64,000 nucleotides of DNA, taken from assembly GCF_023055435.1 (NCBI RefSeq), contig NW_025964223.1, forward strand, positions 17,546,001 through 17,610,000. The letters are read 5' to 3'. Made by a program: the position numbers and the translations under genes. A model generated the notes under the pieces. That model did not search any database and was not told the origin of the DNA. It saw nothing but the letters and a program-made list of their open reading frames with translations. Below, in pieces: positions 62,901 through 64,000 of this stretch. Every line of letters starts with the position of its first letter. Within the stretch, counting starts at the first letter, position 1. The stretch comes from Haliotis rufescens (taxonomy: Eukaryota).

Positions 62901-63929
62901 TAACCATTTTCTAAAATGTGGGCCCACATTGTTCCCGTCTTATAGTGATCGAAACAGGTTTTTTTTAAATCGCTGGGTTTCATAAGGTTGACGAAGTCAG
63001 GTAGGCTATTTGGCTCACGTTTGTCATTATGTGACATTTTATATTATTCATATTTTGTAATATTGATGGGAAATATCTTTATAAATAATTTCGTGTGACA
63101 TTAATTCCATAAAAGGCACAAAAGTCTTTGAAGTTTGAATAACTGCGTCATAGCTGACCACACTAGTTTTACAAAAATAGCTACCAAGCAAGAAACTTAA
63201 ATCTACTTCAAATTAAAATTACAGAGGCAATACCACTCATTCTACTTTTTCCAATATAACACATCAATCTAATCATAAGTGTTGGTGGCGATATAAGCCT
63301 GAACATATGTCTACACTTGAATTGATCTCGGACATGATACAAGCCTCAGACTTTTCCGAGAACTTGTTCCATAAAAGGAATAACTCATGAATATTAATGA
63401 CCCCACGACCTAGTTTGGCGATGTTCGTAGAAGTGAGTTCTGCTGTATTGCCATCTTATTTGTACATTTTAATCCAATTATAAGTCATAATACTTATTTT
63501 AAATAGACAAATTATGAGTTCGTTATGCGGGTTTGTTTACGTAGTATATATACTCAACAACAAGTGCGTTTAGTTTCGAATGTGGGCCCACCTCGAACTT
63601 TCGATTAGGCAAACGGAGTTAGCTCCCTTCTCGAACCACCGATAATGCGGTTTCGCCTTAATTTCTAACCCTGTACAGACATGACATGATAACCTGTGCC
63701 ATGTTTGATTCTATTAAACTTGTTCTTGATTATGTCTTACTTCTGTTATCTCATCAGGGGCCGCACTCTTCAATTTGAGAAAGTGAAAAACCGTTTGCGC
63801 CAGGAAGTGGAGATAACGGAGAGTGAGGAGAACTTCCTCTGTGAATATCGTCAGGAGATGGAGCTGCTGCTGCAGGAGAAGATGGCTCATGTGGAGGAGC
63901 TTCGTCTCATACATGCCGACATCAACCTG
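59913..63929 (+). CDS. ZC4H2: Zinc finger C4H2 domain-containing protein, exons 1-2, 3'-partial
   Basis: Exon 1 59913-59971 ([22 protein letters not shown]|GT) and exon 2 63758-63929 ([16 protein letters not shown]...[29 protein letters not shown]|GTGAGT), in phase. [21 protein letters not shown] is the conserved ZC4H2 coiled-coil motif. Confidence 0.93.
62491..63657. mobile_element. Non-autonomous DNA transposon (~1.17 kb) in ZC4H2 intron 1
   Basis: Perfect 17-bp TIR GGCGAAACCGCATTATC / GATAATGCGGTTTCGCC; internal GTGGGCCCAC repeats; TTAA at the right flank. Confidence 0.75.
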
Positions 63930-64000
63930 GTGAGTCACCATGATCACTGATGTGGTATAGGCACAGCCTACTTGTACTGTAGTCTTGTTTCTAATGTGGT

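Overview
Eukaryotic, intron-rich animal DNA, most likely a gastropod such as abalone (inferred from the SINE types, not proven). I spliced five protein-coding genes by hand. (1) The last two exons of an unidentified Pro/Ser/His-rich gene (+, <1-1183). (2) Complete MEAF6/Eaf6 (-, 7 exons, 191 aa, 10035-4295). (3) An unrecognised gene with 3 coding exons (~637 aa; -, 18246-14410) and a CRE/CCAAT promoter near 20.8 kb. (4) Complete MSH2 (-, 26 coding exons, 931 aa, 59595-23008). (5) The first two exons of ZC4H2 (+, from 59913), head-to-head with MSH2 across 317 bp. Introns and intergenic DNA hold four SINE-like families (A, B and D with tRNA-like heads; C with a non-tRNA, pseudoknot-like head), several MITE families, decayed LINE and DIRS-like fragments, and many minisatellites. 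Most notable: the structured, possibly ribozyme-like head of family C; two minisatellites born out of SINE sequence; arrays that repeatedly abut splice sites; an inverted copy of an MSH2 3' splice region just past the MSH2 stop; and a duplicated hairpin with a flip/flop-inverted loop.
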